Assembly: GCA_964016885.1 (NCBI GenBank)
Contig: OZ024746.1
Coordinates: forward strand, 34,410,001-34,474,000
Length of the DNA stretch: 64,000 nt
Reading direction: 5' to 3'
Origin: Eledone cirrhosa
Taxonomy: Eukaryota
Part shown: positions 12,965-28,859 of the stretch, one piece after another
How the letters are laid out: the number at the start of each line of letters is the position of its first letter
Position numbering within the stretch: the first letter of the stretch is position 1
Made by a program: the position numbers and the translations under genes
Notes under the pieces: generated by a model
Seen by the model: only the letters and a program-made list of their open reading frames with translations
The model's database searches: none
What the model was told of the DNA's origin: nothing

Positions 12965-13720
12965 AAGGTAGTTCTTCTTCTTCTTCTTCTTCTTCTCCTT
13001 CTTCTTCTTCTTCTTCGTCAATTTATCCGGCTGGATCCTGAAGCGCGTCCAGCCAAGCTCAGGCATGCTAAACAATTATTTTGCTCGGGGTCTATTTTTG
13101 GTCTCTTGCCAGTTTGTTTTCCCGTAACATCTACACAGCGATTATTTCCTCAGACATGCTAAACGTATGTCCGTAATGGAGGAACTGTTATCTTTCAATT
13201 CGCAAAGTTCTACAAGGAGCGATTACCTGATATCAGAGCTACGAAGTCTGTCGTGTAACCTTACACCAAAGATCCTTGGTTTGCATTTTTGATGGTTTTC
13301 TTTCGGTCACTACACGAGATACATGACCAGTATAGCTTGTCACGAATACTGATTTGAAAATACCGCGATTGGCTTTCACACATTCGTTCCTATTTCTAAT
13401 GACTGGAAAATAAATGTAGCGCCTTTCTGCACCAGATCCTGCTATTGTTGCACTTAATTCAGCCTCCTGACTTCCATTACTCGTGAGTACAGCCCCGATA
13501 TACTTCACCATCTCTACATTCTTCAGTGGTAATCAAGTCTTATGTAGAGTAAACTCAGCATGCTTATTTGCGTCAGCGAATGTCTCAGTCTTCGCTGTAT
13601 TTCATTGCTGCCCTGCAGCACTCGGCATAAAACCTGTGAAAGGCATGTCGAAGATCACCTTTCGACCAGTTATGTTGTACCATGCAAGGCTACTGAAATC
13701 TTCTTTCGAAGGTAGCGAAA
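12965..13720 (-). mobile_element. Decayed RTE-like LINE 3' end with (AAG)n tail
   Basis: Minus VKYIGAVLTSNGSQEAELSATIA resembles the RTE thumb (FKYLG...EI..RI); the (TTC)n run at 12970-13016 lies at the element 3' end. Confidence 0.55.
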
Positions 13721-14666
13721 TATACAAATACATACCAAATCCAGTTACATCAATATGAAACACCTTATATATCAAAAAAAGAAAATCTTTTACATTTACT
13801 TTATATATTTTAATTAAAAAGATATGTCTTCTTCCGCACGTTTGATATTTTACCAATTTCTTTCTTGCAGCTTCTGTTTGATTCTGTTTGATTGCCCTCA
13901 GAAGAGGTGCAAGAGCTATGTGAGTATTTATGATGGGAAATTAGTTCAAGTACGTACTTGTTAATAATTAAAATGATCAAACTAGAGATTTTTAGTCTGC
14001 TAGTGCTTTAAAGCGAGCATCGAGAATGTGCACAGGGACGCAGTCACATCGACTTCATTTGTTTCCACCCACGTCTGTTTATATTTAGTGATTTTGTACG
14101 TGATGCATTCAATAAAGATGTTAATTAAATATTATAGCGAATATCAGTAATGTACCTAAATCGAGAATGTAACTCAAATCGGAAAGGCATTTAATCCTTT
14201 ACTTTTCATTGTCATTTCAGCCCATACACAAGATAACATATCGCAAAAATGACGTCAATGGAAAAAGATAACATGAAATACTAAAACAGCCACAAAACAA
14301 TTAATCATATTACTGTTGATGGCATGTTGTTGTTGATAGCAATTCCTTAATATAGAGTAAAATCCATATGTTTAATCAAAGGACATTTATAAATCATTAA
14401 TGCTATCATTTCCACTAAAACTATGATCTAAGAATGAAGACACTTTCGGCAACAATAGTCGTGTGTACAACTATGAACAAGTATGGAAGTTGTACCGTGT
14501 GAGGTGTTCAAATCAGTACGCAAAATATTCTCACCTAACACATTTATGCATAGTACTCATAATGCAGCCCTAATCGTTTTAAAATGATAATGTTTACAAC
14601 AACTATAACGGCAAGAGTAGTAACTACAGCAGCAGAACCTCAAAGCCTGCTGTTGATGTTGGACAT

Positions 14667-14682
14667 GCTGCTGCTGCTGCTG

Positions 14683-14730
<48 letters not shown>
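14667..14730. repeat. (CTG)n(CTA)n microsatellite
   Basis: Direct reading. Confidence 0.95.
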
Positions 14731-14731
<1 letters not shown>

Positions 14732-15874
14732 CTCTGACACCATTAATATTACTAAAATATTTTACTTCCCGTGTCACTAGGGCCCGAAAAGCAAGCTACA
14801 ATGAACATTGTCAGTTGTGATTTACATATAATTGTGTAAACCAAATACACGCAACAAAATAGCAATGATTTTATACAACAAAATTTCGCAATGAGGGAAA
14901 CAACAACTACGAGTAGATAGGAGCTCTATAGATCCGAACTCACCTGATCCCCAAGAACAACTTAGATTGGTAGCCTCTCTTCTGAACTCTCCAGCCTACA
15001 GGCATATATTCTCAGTAGTGTGTGATTACGCATCTGACTCTCTAAGAACACTTACCACTGCCATTCCATGCCCCTTAACTTGGGTGAGGTGTGTTTTCTG
15101 TTTCTGCACAAAATATGTGTATTTTAAAATCGGGATTTACTTGGCCGGTCTCTTTTAGTTATTATTTATCTTCGATGTGTTTCCAATATATTTGCAGCGA
15201 TTGAAAAAAAAAAAATTCACGTGCTTCGCTCCTGTTGCTTTACTGCATTCTGTCGATTTCGAAACTGAGGTCATGCAATATAAATATTGTGTTGTTTGTG
15301 TCTGCTGATAGTCGATATGTTTTGCCTGTTAATACGGCTTTTTGGAGTCGGTATCAGTGACTATTTCAAGAATGGTAATTCTGTGAAATTCACTTGAATT
15401 TTGTAAGCTATGTCTTAACTTGCATGCTATTGTTTTCATTTGCACCTCTCTATATAGGGATGCTGGTGACATTTGTGGTGGATTTCATTGTGTTGGTGCT
15501 GTGGTGGTGTGATTGTGAAACTTGTAATATTGTTATTTGAATTTCTCTTACTTTCTTTAGTCACTTGGTTTAAGCTGTTAGTGACGAAAACTATTTCAAT
15601 TAACGAGGAAAAGAAGGTCAATCGATTTTGCTGGAGACTGAGACGCTATGGTATCCTATCGGCATGAAGTATTTGAAAGAAATATTGGTTTGAATGTTTC
15701 AAAAAAATACAAGTAACTCGACTGGGGGCATCAATGTAAATTCGCTACATTTAATGAACAATATTAAATAACATTTATAAATGCAGTTGTTAAAAGCAGA
15801 TACAAACAAGAATATGACGGCAGACAAAGCGGCGCAATTGTGTAAACACAAAGAAACAAATGTAATACTAAGAA

Positions 15875-16235
15875 TTGTTTCTACTTTTGACACGAGGCCA
15901 GCAATTTCTTTTTCTTGGGGGGGGGGGGGATTAAATCGACCACAGTCCTTTACTTGTGCTTTATTTTATCGACCCAGTAAGGATGAAAATTAACCCCAGT
16001 GGATTTGAACTCAGAACGTTAGGGACGTAACTCTATACTGCAAAGCATAATGTCCGACCCATACTGCACAACCGATACTGCCAATCCACCGCTGTCTTAT
16101 ATTAATGATTTCTAGTATAGGCACAAGGCCACTAATTTGGGGTGGATTGGCACTGTCATTTTATCGACCTCGTAAGGATGAAAGGCAAAGTTAACATCGG
16201 CGATATTTGAACTCAAATCATAAAGAGCCATAACT
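15875..16235 (-). mobile_element. Two tandem S2 SINEs (15875-16092, 16104-16235)
   Basis: Each has CAC.AGGCC, TTTTATCGACC, AGGATGAAA and TTTGAACTCA landmarks. Confidence 0.8.
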
Positions 16236-16529
16236 CGACCAGGAATTAATTAAACACAAACATAATGTCAGTAGGTTTAGAAATTAGGATAGAAATATTT
16301 GAAACGAATGTCACAATAACAGTCGTATCAATAATAATAATGATAGTAACAATATTGTTAATTTGTTATATTATAATGGATAAAGTACAAAAATGGTGGT
16401 GGTTTCAACATAAGCTATCAAACAAAACCTTACAAAATTACAAATACGCCAAATAACATATGAGAAGGTTGTGAAATAAAACCTTTCAATGCGGCAGGAC
16501 CACTTAACTATAGTGAATATGAAACTTTC

Positions 16530-17620
16530 TGAACAGACTCTGACAGCCGTTTGATTGTTGCTGGTTTTTCAGATCTTTAATTCCAAGCTTGTTGTTGTCT
16601 CATGATAGCTGCTACAAATATCCGTGTACTATACTCTACATGCATTATTGTGCATTGATCGCCCTCTTTCTCTTCTCGTTGATGTTTTCTTCATACTTAC
16701 TCATCTTATACGCATGTTGTTCATCTACACGGTTCCTATATGGGATGCCAGCTCAACCACGATGACTCTGCTTGCTTCTGACCACTTGAAAATATTTGGT
16801 ATTTGTCCATTCTTCCTGATGGATTCTGCATAATTTGTATGCAAGTGTGGGAGATCAACATATATAGCCCAATCGCACTCCAGACCGAGCAGGTTCTGTC
16901 CAAGCGTAGATTCCCGTCGAGGTATCTTTTTTGATGCACCTTATTTCTTCCCATTCACTTCTTTTCAGATGTTACGGCTGAATCAGTGGTTTATGGTTAC
17001 ATCTGGTCCCAGGTTGATCGAGGCCACAACATTTTGTTGTGCCTCCACATCTTTCAACCATTATCAAGAGCTATTTTACTTGAACTTAGAGGGTGCCCAA
17101 TCGTTTGGAGTTTATCATTGCACAGAGAGGAACTATGATCCTCCCCGTTGCCTCACTTCACACTCGTAGCCACATTTCACTCTCGTTGCCTCACTTCACA
17201 AGGTTGTTCTTTGATAGGAGCAGGTCATCTTTGGCTTGTATAATGTTGTTCATCATGAGTCATGTCATCTACCACACGTCTTTTCATGTACTCGTATTGC
17301 CAATGCCCCGACCCAATTCGCCCAGTTATCATTTTTGTGACGGCTGAACTGCTTTTGTTCTTCTCTTCCTAAATAACCAGGTAACGAGGGCCTTTGAACT
17401 TAGCCTTGGACCACCATTTTACATTGATCGTGTCTAGAACTGATCTCATTCTCTTAGCATGTCTAGTTACCGCTTTGATGACAAATCCTTCTTTAGCCTC
17501 AGATATGTTGTCATGTAACTTCCACTTTCTGTCTGTCATTAGAGTGGGCTGTACTTCCCTCATCACTCCGTCGGGACTCATTTGTATCTTTTACATCCTC
17601 AGACATATCCGGCTCTGAAT
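16530..17620 (-). pseudogene. Possible highly decayed Gypsy/Ginger-like integrase remnant
   Basis: Non-repetitive coding-like block with only weak, fragmentary integrase-like peptides; no intact motif. Confidence 0.25.
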
Positions 17621-17824
17621 GAATTAGTCATAATCCATTACAAATGAATACACATAAATCCGACGTTAAAGACTTTCATCGATTAACCTCATATTTAATT
17701 ACTTCCACAAAACATTACGGCAACCTGGTGAAATCTTCATTGCTATTTTGATCTACACGTATGAACCTGCTATTTATAGTAAAATGATATCATTGATAAA
17801 TTGCACAAGCATCAAAATTGTATG

Positions 17825-17872
<48 letters not shown>

Positions 17873-17876
<4 letters not shown>

Positions 17877-18067
17877 AACGAGTAGGATCCCGACGGCTAA
17901 GCTCAAGCCGTTTCGACGGCTAATTCTGGACGTCCACAATTACCCGTCGAAACGGCTTGAGCTCAGCCGTCGGGGTCCTACTCGTTCCTATTATCCACTC
18001 TACTACCCTAAGTATTGAGTAATTTGGTGCGTTAAGGTCCATCTGGTTCCGTACCACATTTCCTTCG

Positions 18068-18072
<5 letters not shown>
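17873..18072 (+). mobile_element. Short asymmetric fold-back element with 3' half of an HHR (family B)
   Basis: Arm 17873-17930 is inverted at 17932-17992 (GAAAC-GGCT...AGCC-GTC|GGGG), then a ~80-nt tail; (TA)n flanks. Confidence 0.75.
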
Positions 18073-18134
<62 letters not shown>

Positions 18135-18202
18135 GTGTATGTATATATGTGTGTATTATATATGTATATATGTATATATATATGTATATATATATATATA
18201 GT

Positions 18203-18862
18203 CGGAAAAAAAATGAAACGAAATTTCATTTCCCACTCTTAGTACGGCTGTTACTTAAATATAAGTATGTACACGTACATACATATATGTATACAGACGT
18301 ACAGTAGTATGTATATACATACATGCACACATACATATATGTACGTATGGATTCACCGAACATTTATTATAATGCTCGGTGTGTTTGTAAACAAACATCC
18401 CGTATTAAGCCGTAGTGTCCAGCAACAATCGTTGCTCGTTTGTTCAACACTGACAAAGGAACGCTGTACTAGTTTCAAGCTTATTAGCTATCGTAAGCAA
18501 CGTATATCTTCCTGCCAGATTGTTGAACGTATATACTTACCTTATGCATATTAACGGCTGAGTAGCCCCATTTGCATATCGTGTGGGTTAATCGGCCGGG
18601 TGCACCGAAAACGATAAACGGTATACTTTGCTGACGATAGCTAATAAGCTTGAAACTAGTACAACGTGACTTTGTCAGTGTTGAACAAACGAGCAATGAT
18701 GGTTGCTGGACACTACGGCTAAATACCGGATGTTTGTTTGCAAACACACCGAGTATTATAATAAATGTTCGGTGAATCCATACGTACATATATGTATGTG
18801 TGCATGTATGTATATACATACTACTGTACGTCTGTATACATATATGTATGTACGTGTACATA
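18203..18862. mobile_element. Retrozyme-like element (family C): ~419-nt monomer plus inverted partial arm
   Basis: Monomer 18203-18621; 18622-18862 is the reverse complement of ~18265-18507; homologous to 59074-59583. Confidence 0.78.
18628..18664 (+). ncRNA. Minimal type I hammerhead ribozyme motif
   Basis: TTG-CTGACGA(18631-18637)-t-AGCTaataAGCT-t-GAAA-CTAG-TA|CAA. The mirror copy at 18461-18502 has a core mutation (CTTACGA). Confidence 0.78.
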
Positions 18863-18866
18863 ATTA

Positions 18867-18902
<36 letters not shown>

Positions 18903-18904
18903 TA

Positions 18905-19581
<677 letters not shown>

Positions 19582-19583
19582 TA

Positions 19584-19653
<70 letters not shown>

Positions 19654-19702
19654 CATACTTATATATATATATACATACTTATATATATATATATATATAT
19701 AT

Positions 19703-20095
<393 letters not shown>

Positions 20096-20279
20096 TAACC
20101 ACACAAAACAGGCACGAGTGGTTACTCCTTCAAACGTAATAAATGAGTAACCACTCGTCCTTGTTTTATTATATTTTATTATACTACACTCTGTCTAGCT
20201 CGACACCTCGATACAGACATGTACCTAAATATCAATTGATCACCCCGGTGAACCTACAGTAACTCCGTGTTACAGTTCC

Positions 20280-20321
<42 letters not shown>

Positions 20322-20345
20322 TGTGTGTGTGTGCGTGTATGTGTT

Positions 20346-20407
<62 letters not shown>

Positions 20408-20409
20408 GG

Positions 20410-20440
<31 letters not shown>

Positions 20441-20525
20441 AAAAGGTAAACAGAACTAACAACACAATCATTACAGTATATGGAAGGGATATATTAGGTT
20501 AACGCTTGATATAGTAGGTAGAGTG

Positions 20526-20561
20526 TCTTAACGTTTCGGACGCCAGTCCTTCATCAGAAGA
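20526..20561 (-). ncRNA. Minimal type I hammerhead ribozyme motif
   Basis: Minus: TCTT-CTGATGA-a-GGACtggcGTCC-GAAAC-GTT|AAGA; palindromic AACGTT stem III. Confidence 0.78.
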
Positions 20562-21263
20562 AAGAACGAGAAATAAGATATATTTGAAGTGCCTGTACTA
20601 TGGGAAATATTACGCCAGACCCATTGGCTCGTCACCGTAAGCTTGCCGATGCATGCTCAATATCTCTGTAGCAGACGTCAGAGTGGAACGCAAACGTTCA
20701 CGTTGGTTCTTTGTTCCAATTTGTTATTCATGAAAACGTCACAGGCTTCAGCATGATCAGAAAAATACAAATTTCCAAGCTTGCGTAGTGAACACAGGAA
20801 TGACACTCGGCATAATGGCGTATGAAGGTTACTACTAGCTCACACGGTGCGCGCAACTGTATATTGCCGTCTGCTGGCTTGCTACAGAAATAGTCCGGAA
20901 ACCTTTTTCATACCACCTCGTACATGCGTGTGCGTATGTTTTATGGTTTTGTTTATTTGCTCATGTCTATTGACAGTACAATATAATTTGACACAGAGTA
21001 TGTGTTCTGCAAACACAATATGAAAACAAATTCCATCATAGATGACAATAGGCGACACCGGAATTATGTTACGGATGTCAGTAAGATATTAATGCAAACG
21101 TGGAAGGTTTTAGACAGGAAGCTTTTCCCCAATATGTCTTCGTGTCATTTCATCCCGTTTGATAAGTGTTTGCTTGGAATATGTAAATACATATATACAA
21201 ATACGCGCACACACACACATTCACACAGACACACAGACACACAGACACACAAACACACAGACA

Positions 21264-22307
<1,044 letters not shown>

Positions 22308-22911
22308 ACCGGACATAGCTTTTCTCTCTATCTCTTTCTTGTTTTCTATTAATTGTAGGCTTATATATAACACACCTGACTTTACAAATACAGAATGCAC
22401 TTTACTGTTTCTCTGTTCTTGCTCTATTTGCCTTTCTATCTACACATTCATGTGTACGTGCACACTCAAGAATATATATCAGCATATATACGTTAATGTT
22501 TCTCTCCGGACGATTGTTTAATCGCACCATCTGGTACTATGAGGCAAAAACTGTCCAATACTTCCTGGAAGCCATTTATTCTATGATCAACAGAAATAAT
22601 TCATATTATCCCAACGGGGGAATGAAGGTATATTCAACCTCTGCATATCACAATTAATCTGCATTTGTTTATTTGGTCATTTGTTGGTTTCCATCTATGA
22701 TGTCCTCTTTATACTCAGAGCTGTTGTTGCTGTATTTGTCGTCTCCTCGTTAAATTGTTTATTGTTTGTACGTTTTGTATTCGTGAAATCTAAAGTGAGG
22801 AGAGCATACATAAACAAGCTTGTAATAAATATGTATAAACATAATCAGCTATTTAAGAATAATAATCTGTAACGTCATTTTCTCTATCTCCCTCTCTATA
22901 AATCTGTTCAT

Positions 22912-22999
<88 letters not shown>

Positions 23000-23058
23000 T
23001 TTACACTCTCACACACACACACGCACCCAAATGTATATATATATATATATATATACAT

Positions 23059-23090
<32 letters not shown>

Positions 23091-23091
<1 letters not shown>

Positions 23092-23294
23092 GGAACCAGC
23101 AAGACCCCGACAGCTGAGCTCAAGCCGTTTCGACGGCTAATTCTGGACTATTTCAGTCCAGAATTAGCCGTCGAAACGGCTTGAGCTCAGCTGTCGGGGT
23201 CTTACTGGTTCCTATTACCCACTCTACTACCTCAAGTATTGAGTACTTTGGTGCGTTATGGTCCACCTGGTTCCTTACCATATTTCCTTCGTTA
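23091..23294 (+). mobile_element. Family B asymmetric fold-back
   Basis: 23091-23149 is near-perfectly inverted at 23155-23213, then the same tail as 17993-18072. Confidence 0.8.
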
Positions 23295-23321
23295 TATATA
23301 TATATATATATATATACAAGT

Positions 23322-23535
23322 GAAGGCGTGTGGCTGAGTGGTTAGAGAATTGGATTCGCAATCGTAAGTTCGTGAGTTCGATTCCTGGACCAGGCGATGC
23401 GTTATTTCCTTGAGCAAGAGACTTTATTTCACGTTACTCTTTCTACCTGGAGTTGTTTCCGATAGATAGTATTAGCAATTGGAAAGACCAACGGAAACAT
23501 TGTTCCCTCGGTCTGATTTGACGAAAGTCGATCGT
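23322..23535 (+). mobile_element. S1 tRNA-derived SINE
   Basis: A and B boxes plus a body nearly colinear with 9209-9423. Confidence 0.85.
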
Positions 23536-23572
23536 TCCTTTTTTTTTTATATATATATATATATATTTAAAT

Positions 23573-23623
<51 letters not shown>

Positions 23624-24186
23624 TATGTTTAATTCTTTCTCTAAGACTTACTTTAAAGATATTTTTGGAAGCAAAGCATTGGATGCTAAAATACCACAGT
23701 GGGCCTCTGCTATGTTACTGTGGGTCCCAGCAATGCTACCGTGAGCTCTGTGGGGGACCAATTGCCAAGCTTTATTCCATTTCCCTCTTCAAGTTCAATC
23801 GTGATCGTATGAATCTTGCCATACCCGATCCAGCTGGTTCCTGATTTGTTTCAGTTTTTGACGATGTTGCATCACTGATACAATTTGGTTCTCGTACAAG
23901 GTTAAAATGGATGAAAAACACGGACAATCCACATCCATATCTATGTTAAAGTTTCTGCCATGTTCATAGAGTGGAATCTATAGAGTTTAATGTATCTAAA
24001 TTTACTTTAATGTAGTTTCTAGAGAATGTTTTATACAATATATGTAATTCCATTCACAATTGTAGATTTCTTATACTACATGTTTTATATGTATGTATAA
24101 CTATATCTCTCTCTCTGTCTCTCCCTCTCTCTATATATACATACAAACACACACACACACACCTAACTATATATATATGTGTAAAT

Positions 24187-24620
24187 ATATATTTATTTAA
24201 ATAACAGATTAAAGTTTAAGCAAATAATCGGTTTCACCCTTAACGGGATTTTCTGAAACTAACAAATTCAATCTGTGAACGCAGAAGTGAATATTTAAAA
24301 AAACGTTGCAACCGGAGGAAGACAGGGAGCTGATACTTTGGTTCGTGGAAACGTTCCCTGGCAAAGAACGGGAAAAAACGAACATAATACGTCATTATTT
24401 GGAGCGGTGAAAAACAATTACACACAAAGACAGAACCACGTTTATGGTATAAAAGAAGTCGTAGACTAATATTCTCTTAGATGGTTCATAGAGACGTTCT
24501 CTGGTAATGAACGGACAAAAACCAAGATAATACGTCATATGTGGACCGTGGAGAACAATTGCACGCAAAGACAAAACCACGTAAATGGTATAACTGAAGT
24601 CGTAGACTAAAATTCTAACT
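24187..24620 (+). repeat. Family A repeat with two internal subunits
   Basis: Colinear with 3782-4138 and extends through the second subunit. Confidence 0.8.
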
Positions 24621-25381
24621 AGGAAACCGAATGATTCTCGGCTTCAGAGTTAAGAATAAAGTAAATAAATACAGTGGTAATTGAAATTAAATAAATACAT
24701 ACACGCATACATATACGTATGTACACGAGCATATGCGAAAACACTCGCCACAGGTATACAAATACACGCACATATAAATATGTGTGTGTGCGTGTATCCA
24801 ATAAAATAAATAAACGTATATAAATAAATAAATACGTATATAACAAGCGCACACACAAACCTTCATGTAAATACCCAAATGTTCGGAGACGACGTCAAAC
24901 CAAAACACGAAGTACACACATACACACCCCCTACATACGTACGAACCCGCATACTCACACAGACGCGAAAGTCATGTATACACATAACCAAAAGCATATG
25001 TACCTGAATATATAAAATATACGCCATAACATATACAATCAAATATACGTACGAGAAAGTATACGTACATTCACAAAACATACAGGTAATATATACTTAC
25101 CTATGCAAATAAGTAATGGTATAAACAGAACTTATACTTAGCTACCACATCAAGACGTAAAATATCCGCGTATAGATCGTACTATCCGTTAGGGTATAAT
25201 GTGGAGCTGTAATACAGGAAAGTTTTGTGCAATTTATGTTTACAAGCCAAAATTGCCTCAGATCTTTTGTTCAAGATGTATTCTGTGGCTAGAGTATTTC
25301 CAGGGCCTCAGCGGCGCAGTGGTCACATGGTCTTTTATTTCCGGTATATCTTTGGATTTTAGTCTTCAAATTTATTATTAT

Positions 25382-25459
<78 letters not shown>

Positions 25460-25590
25460 GCAACAGTTTTATTTAAATTGTTGGGATACAACAAGCAAAT
25501 ATTTTTATAACTGATATAAAGCACTCGACAAATATTTGGAGTAGATATACGATATTAATAAATGGAAACTATATTTATAAAACCATATTT

Positions 25591-25653
25591 ATTTCATTAT
25601 ATATATTTCAAGGATACCAAGTTACATTATGGTATGCCTTCATCAGACAAAAT
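25591..25653 (-). ncRNA. Type I hammerhead ribozyme motif
   Basis: Minus: ATTTTGT-CTGATGA-AGGcATACCA...TGGTATCCTt-GAAA-TATATA-TA|ATGAAAT. Confidence 0.7.
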
Positions 25654-25877
25654 ACAATATATAACAGTTTTTATAAATAGACATTGACGTACCCCTTTAA
25701 CAAATTGACCGTTGTTTTTGGAGGCCATCAGGATAGTGATTTGTTTACTTTAGTAACTCATAGTGGTAAGAGTATGTAAAAAGATGGGGAGAGAGAGAGA
25801 GAAACGTGGAGAAAAAACAACGGTCAATTTTTTAAAGGGGTACGTCAATGTCTATTTATAAAACGGTTATATATTGT

Positions 25878-25940
25878 ATTTTGTCTGATGAAGGCATACC
25901 ATAATGTAACTCGGTATCCTTGAAATATATATAATGAAAT
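25878..25940 (+). ncRNA. Type I hammerhead ribozyme motif
   Basis: CTGATGA 25885-25891, GAAA 25922-25925; stem I ATTTTGT/ATGAAAT with two G-U pairs. Confidence 0.7.
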
Positions 25941-25980
25941 AAATATGGTTTTATAAATATAGTTTCCATTTATTAATATC

Positions 25981-26058
<78 letters not shown>

Positions 26059-28859
26059 ATATAGTTGGGGGGTTGCGTGTGCTTAAGTATTTCGCTTAGA
26101 AATTGTATATGGTTGTGTAAATAGATACTAGAAAAGAAAACATTTTCATATCTTCTTTTGAGCACGAATATATTTCTATTTGATTTGCTCCATCTGTCTT
26201 TCTCTCCGCCTTTCTCTTTATCCACATCTCCCTTCCCTTGTCACTATATCTTCTAAACGTTCGAAAAGTTAAAATTGTTTTCCTAATATATTAATAGTTA
26301 CATTAAAATTAAACATCATTGTACTATCCTGTTATCCCCAGTTAATGTTGGATTTCATCATATATGATATATATTCATGTGTATGTACTCTTAAATAATG
26401 AAAGCAATAACAAAACAACGTATGTACAACTAAACATATATACGTGGAGCACACATACTGAAATACATCCAATACACACATTGGTATGCACGGAGACAGC
26501 TAAATACAATATCATAATATAACATGCCATACCAAACCCCATTTTAAAAATCTACATGAATGCTACATAAGATATTAATTTGTGCATTCAACTTAATTAT
26601 GAATTATTTGTATATTACAATAAGTTATTAAAAGATACTATTTAATACTCCAAGAAAATAGATAAATCACACCTGAAGAAATATGGTAATGATGAGTTAA
26701 AATTGCGGAAATGTAACTATAAATTTTCAATTGAAATTGCGGTAATGTCTAAAGCTAACGCAATATATGTATAGCAAATGAATACTAAAAGTTAGAAAGT
26801 AAACGAAGGCGGATAAAGAAAGACAGCATTAAGAAGGCGGGCATTTTCGTAATGGAATAGGTGTAAGGTTGAGAAAGAAAAAAAGAAAAGTATAGCAAAT
26901 GAGTATTTAAGTTAATCATCGAAAACAATAGTAAATATAAATTAGTGGAGAGATGCATATGAATAGTAAATTTCAATATTCGTATATATCAAAATTCATG
27001 CAAAGAATATTCTTTGATATTTTATTGTCTTATAGAATAATGAAATCATGTAACTGCTACGACGATATACAATATGAAGTAAAGCGTAAGTATATATTAA
27101 GATACAAAGGACCCACACACACACACGCACACACGACTCTAATTTTTCCCTATATGTATCTAAACATCTATCGATCTATCTTTCTCTGTATATATATATA
27201 TATCACATAAGAAACGGAGAATCAGTGTTGCGACGAATGAAATTTATTAGATATATTACAATAGTTTCTCTGGCGACCTGCTCGTGGCACTATCGATGTA
27301 ATGATCGAACCTGACTCTGAAATTACAAGGTCCTCAGATACGTGTCGATTCTACGAAGCAGAGTTTCTAAATGTCACTCGGCAGGTTAGATCCTGTTGTT
27401 GTCATTCTCTGAGGGGTGACGAATTGTACACGTCATCGGTATTGTTGCCCACTCATGACCGTACTATATTTGGTTCCATTCATTCGAAGAATATATTTTC
27501 TTCTCTGCCATCGCCCATTTTCCTCTATCTTTCTATTTCTTCTTTGATTTCTCATTCCATTTTCTGGTGAAGGACTATCGGCTCCAGAAAAGTTAAGACA
27601 CGTTTCTACTAAGTACATTAAGCGTAAAACTAATGATATATTTCTTTAATGTACCGTGTCGTTTCCTTTGATATTTCTGTTTGTCTAGCATATATACATG
27701 TAAGTTCTGCATGACAGTATGTTCTTCACTTCAAACTGCTGTCGAATCCAGTTGTTGGTGTTCCTGCACACCGAATGTATGGCAGCATCTCTCGCAACCT
27801 ACTTCCGAGGTACTTATAATTGTTTACTTCCTTGATGATATTTGGTTTTAGAATGGTCAGAAACTGCCAATCGAAGGCAGACTTAGACGGTTACAGGTAT
27901 AGAGAAAAATAACTAAACAGCATCACGATAGATCCCAGCCAATGCCCTAATAGTAAGTAATTATATATTTCATATTATCAAATGTTAAAAATAGTCACTT
28001 TGAAAGCGGGAAAATGTTTTATTTCGATTAGAAATTGTTTATATATTTCGCGATTCATTGTGCGGTAGAAGACACATGTAGCTTTTTCATATATTGTTTT
28101 CTAATGGCTGTTTTTATCTTTCAAATCAACGCTAGCATTGGTTTCAAAATTTAACAACGAAACGTTTCCGGCTTTTATCGTTATGTACTTCAGTTTCATT
28201 AGTTGTGGCATTAGGCACTGTTTGAGGTAAACTCCCGCTTTTATTTTTAATAGCTCAGTCATCTCATGTTTCGAATGTCTAACATAAAAGATGCTATTAG
28301 GTGGAATATAAACGTATAATTGTACAACGGTATATCATTCAGATAGAATTAAATTATTATATCATTGCACATTCGTTTGAATCAGTGGAGTTAAATTCGT
28401 TGATTAGATAATTGTTTAGTTATATATTGAATACTCTATGAACAAGCTCCTTTTTCTTTCCATAGCATACTTATTTAAGTTAGTTTTTAAGTTCCACAGC
28501 AATGTTAACACAATTAAAGATCTTATGTATCCTTTTCTCCTTGTTCTATACATTTTACTCGTGGAAGTATTTTAGTCACACCAAGTGAAACTACTTAATG
28601 CATAAATATTATATAACAATGATCGAAAAATATCCGTTCTTCTTACCATTCTGTTTTGAAAACAGGTTCCACTCATATAAGGTTTCAAAATATTTGCATT
28701 AATGATTCTGAATCAACTTTCACTCATGCTTGCTTTCTACATTTCAGCAACATCAGTACAACTTTCAAACCTGAAATTGCAAGGATATTTTCGACCGATT
28801 GATGAATCTCCGGTCAATCTATAATGAATATGATAAATTTATATGTATGTACATATATA

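Larger units (their letters stand above)
25453..25985. mobile_element. Asymmetric fold-back element with an HHR in each arm
   Basis: 25545-25719 is inverted at 25813-25985; unpaired ~90-nt extension on the left; (TA)n flanks. Confidence 0.78.

Noticed and set aside
14584-14820. Poly-Leu ORF resembling a signal or TM peptide
   Set aside because: Trinucleotide repeat with no other coding support.
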